NCBI GenBank assembly: GCA_020060385.1 | Contig: JAGVAH010000048.1 | Location: 645 to 64,644, forward strand | DNA length: 64,000 nt | Direction of reading: 5' to 3' | Source of the DNA: Syntrophobacterales bacterium | GTDB lineage: Bacteria; Desulfobacterota; Desulfobaccia; Desulfobaccales; 0-14-0-80-60-11 | Shown here: positions 63,511 to 64,000 of the stretch, piece by piece | How positions within the stretch are numbered: position 1 is the first letter of the stretch | Layout of the letters: the number at the start of each line of letters is the position of its first letter | Made by a program: the position numbers and the translations under genes | The notes under the pieces: generated by a model | Told to the model about the DNA's origin: nothing | Seen by the model: the letters and a program-made list of their open reading frames with translations, nothing else | Database searches by the model: none

Positions 63511-64000
63511 TCAATTATTTAATTGAATGCCATTGACGCTCACGAGGCACATCTCTCTCTGGTTAGAAGCCGCCTTCGTGGCCACAATAAATTCACAAGT
63601 CTTTTCGTCCATCGCCTTGGCCGTTTTGACCCTGGTTACCAGGGCGTAGGTCCCTGGCTGGACCTTGGCGGGGATCTTGGTGGAGTAGGAAACTCCATAG
63701 CTGCCACTTTTGCGGCTGCCCTTATCCTCGAAGGGCTTATCCACAGGTTTTCCCTGGCTGGTAATGGTCTGGGTAATCACCATATCCACAGGTTGGTCAT
63801 TGCCGGTCAACACGGTAAAGTTAGTGTTTAGGGCCACCTCGTCACCATTGGTGACCATGCTGGGAGCAACCTCTAGTTCCTCAATAACCACCTTTTCTCC
63901 CTGTTCCGGTTGATAGCTGTACTTGGCCTCCGCAGCCTGGCGGTCTCGTAATACTTTCTCCTGGTGTTTGGCGTAGGCGAATCCCGCCAAGGCCCCCGCC
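63511..64000 (-). CDS. Hypothetical protein, 5' end beyond the window edge
   Basis: The frame is open to base 64000. The beta-rich translation has no motif I recognise, and coding is supported only by ORF length and codon pattern. Confidence 0.4.
   Translation of the reverse strand, partial: AGALAGFAYAKHQEKVLRDRQAAEAKYSYQPEQGEKVVIEELEVAPSMVTNGDEVALNTNFTVLTGNDQPVDMVITQTITSQGKPVDKPFEDKGSRKSGSYGVSYSTKIPAKVQPGTYALVTRVKTAKAMDEKTCEFIVATKAASNQREMCLVSVNGIQLNN

Overview
High-GC bacterial chromosomal segment. I recognised no rRNA, tRNA, CRISPR array, transposase or integrase. The gene content (radical SAM enzyme, HgdC-type activator, HdrA/MvhD, FrhB) points to a strict anaerobe, possibly Desulfobacterota-like, but this is not proven. 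There are four blocks. (1) 1-23.4 kb, + strand: a surface-glycan cluster that uses an ABC transporter (wzm/wzt). It holds several glycosyltransferases, a pyruvyl transferase, a nonulosonic-acid module (NeuB-like synthase, KdsC-type phosphatase, CMP-transferase), a DegT aminotransferase, AsnB, a WecA-type initiating transferase and two paralogous membrane-anchored SGNH hydrolases. Two arrays of the heptamer TTGAACY sit in front of two of its genes. (2) 23.9-32.3 kb, + strand: a PAS/sigma-54 activator, then a well-spaced sigma-54 promoter driving a NuoE / NuoF / ferredoxin / HdrA-MvhD fusion / FrhB-like operon. This looks like an electron-bifurcating module with no recognisable catalytic partner. 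(3) 33.1-61.6 kb, - strand: one tightly coupled operon of about 27 kb with five C-A-T NRPS modules on three proteins. The last A domain is degenerate and there is no TE or E domain. Also in the operon are a carrier protein, a stand-alone adenylating ligase, an acyl-CoA dehydrogenase, an AsnB homologue, a PP-loop ATPase, an HgdC/HgdAB-type radical 2-hydroxyacyl-CoA dehydratase translationally coupled to the NRPS, a KamA-type aminomutase and a methyltransferase. An Sfp-type PPTase lies upstream. This block is bracketed by direct copies of a GC-rich palindromic element. I consider it the best candidate for an undescribed system: a non-ribosomal (lipo)peptide pathway in an anaerobe that co-opts reductive amino-acid-fermentation chemistry. 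(4) 62.4-64 kb, - strand: a secreted thioredoxin-like protein with a duplicated C-terminal module, and a partial hypothetical gene. All functional calls come from reading motifs in the translations by eye. No database search was run.
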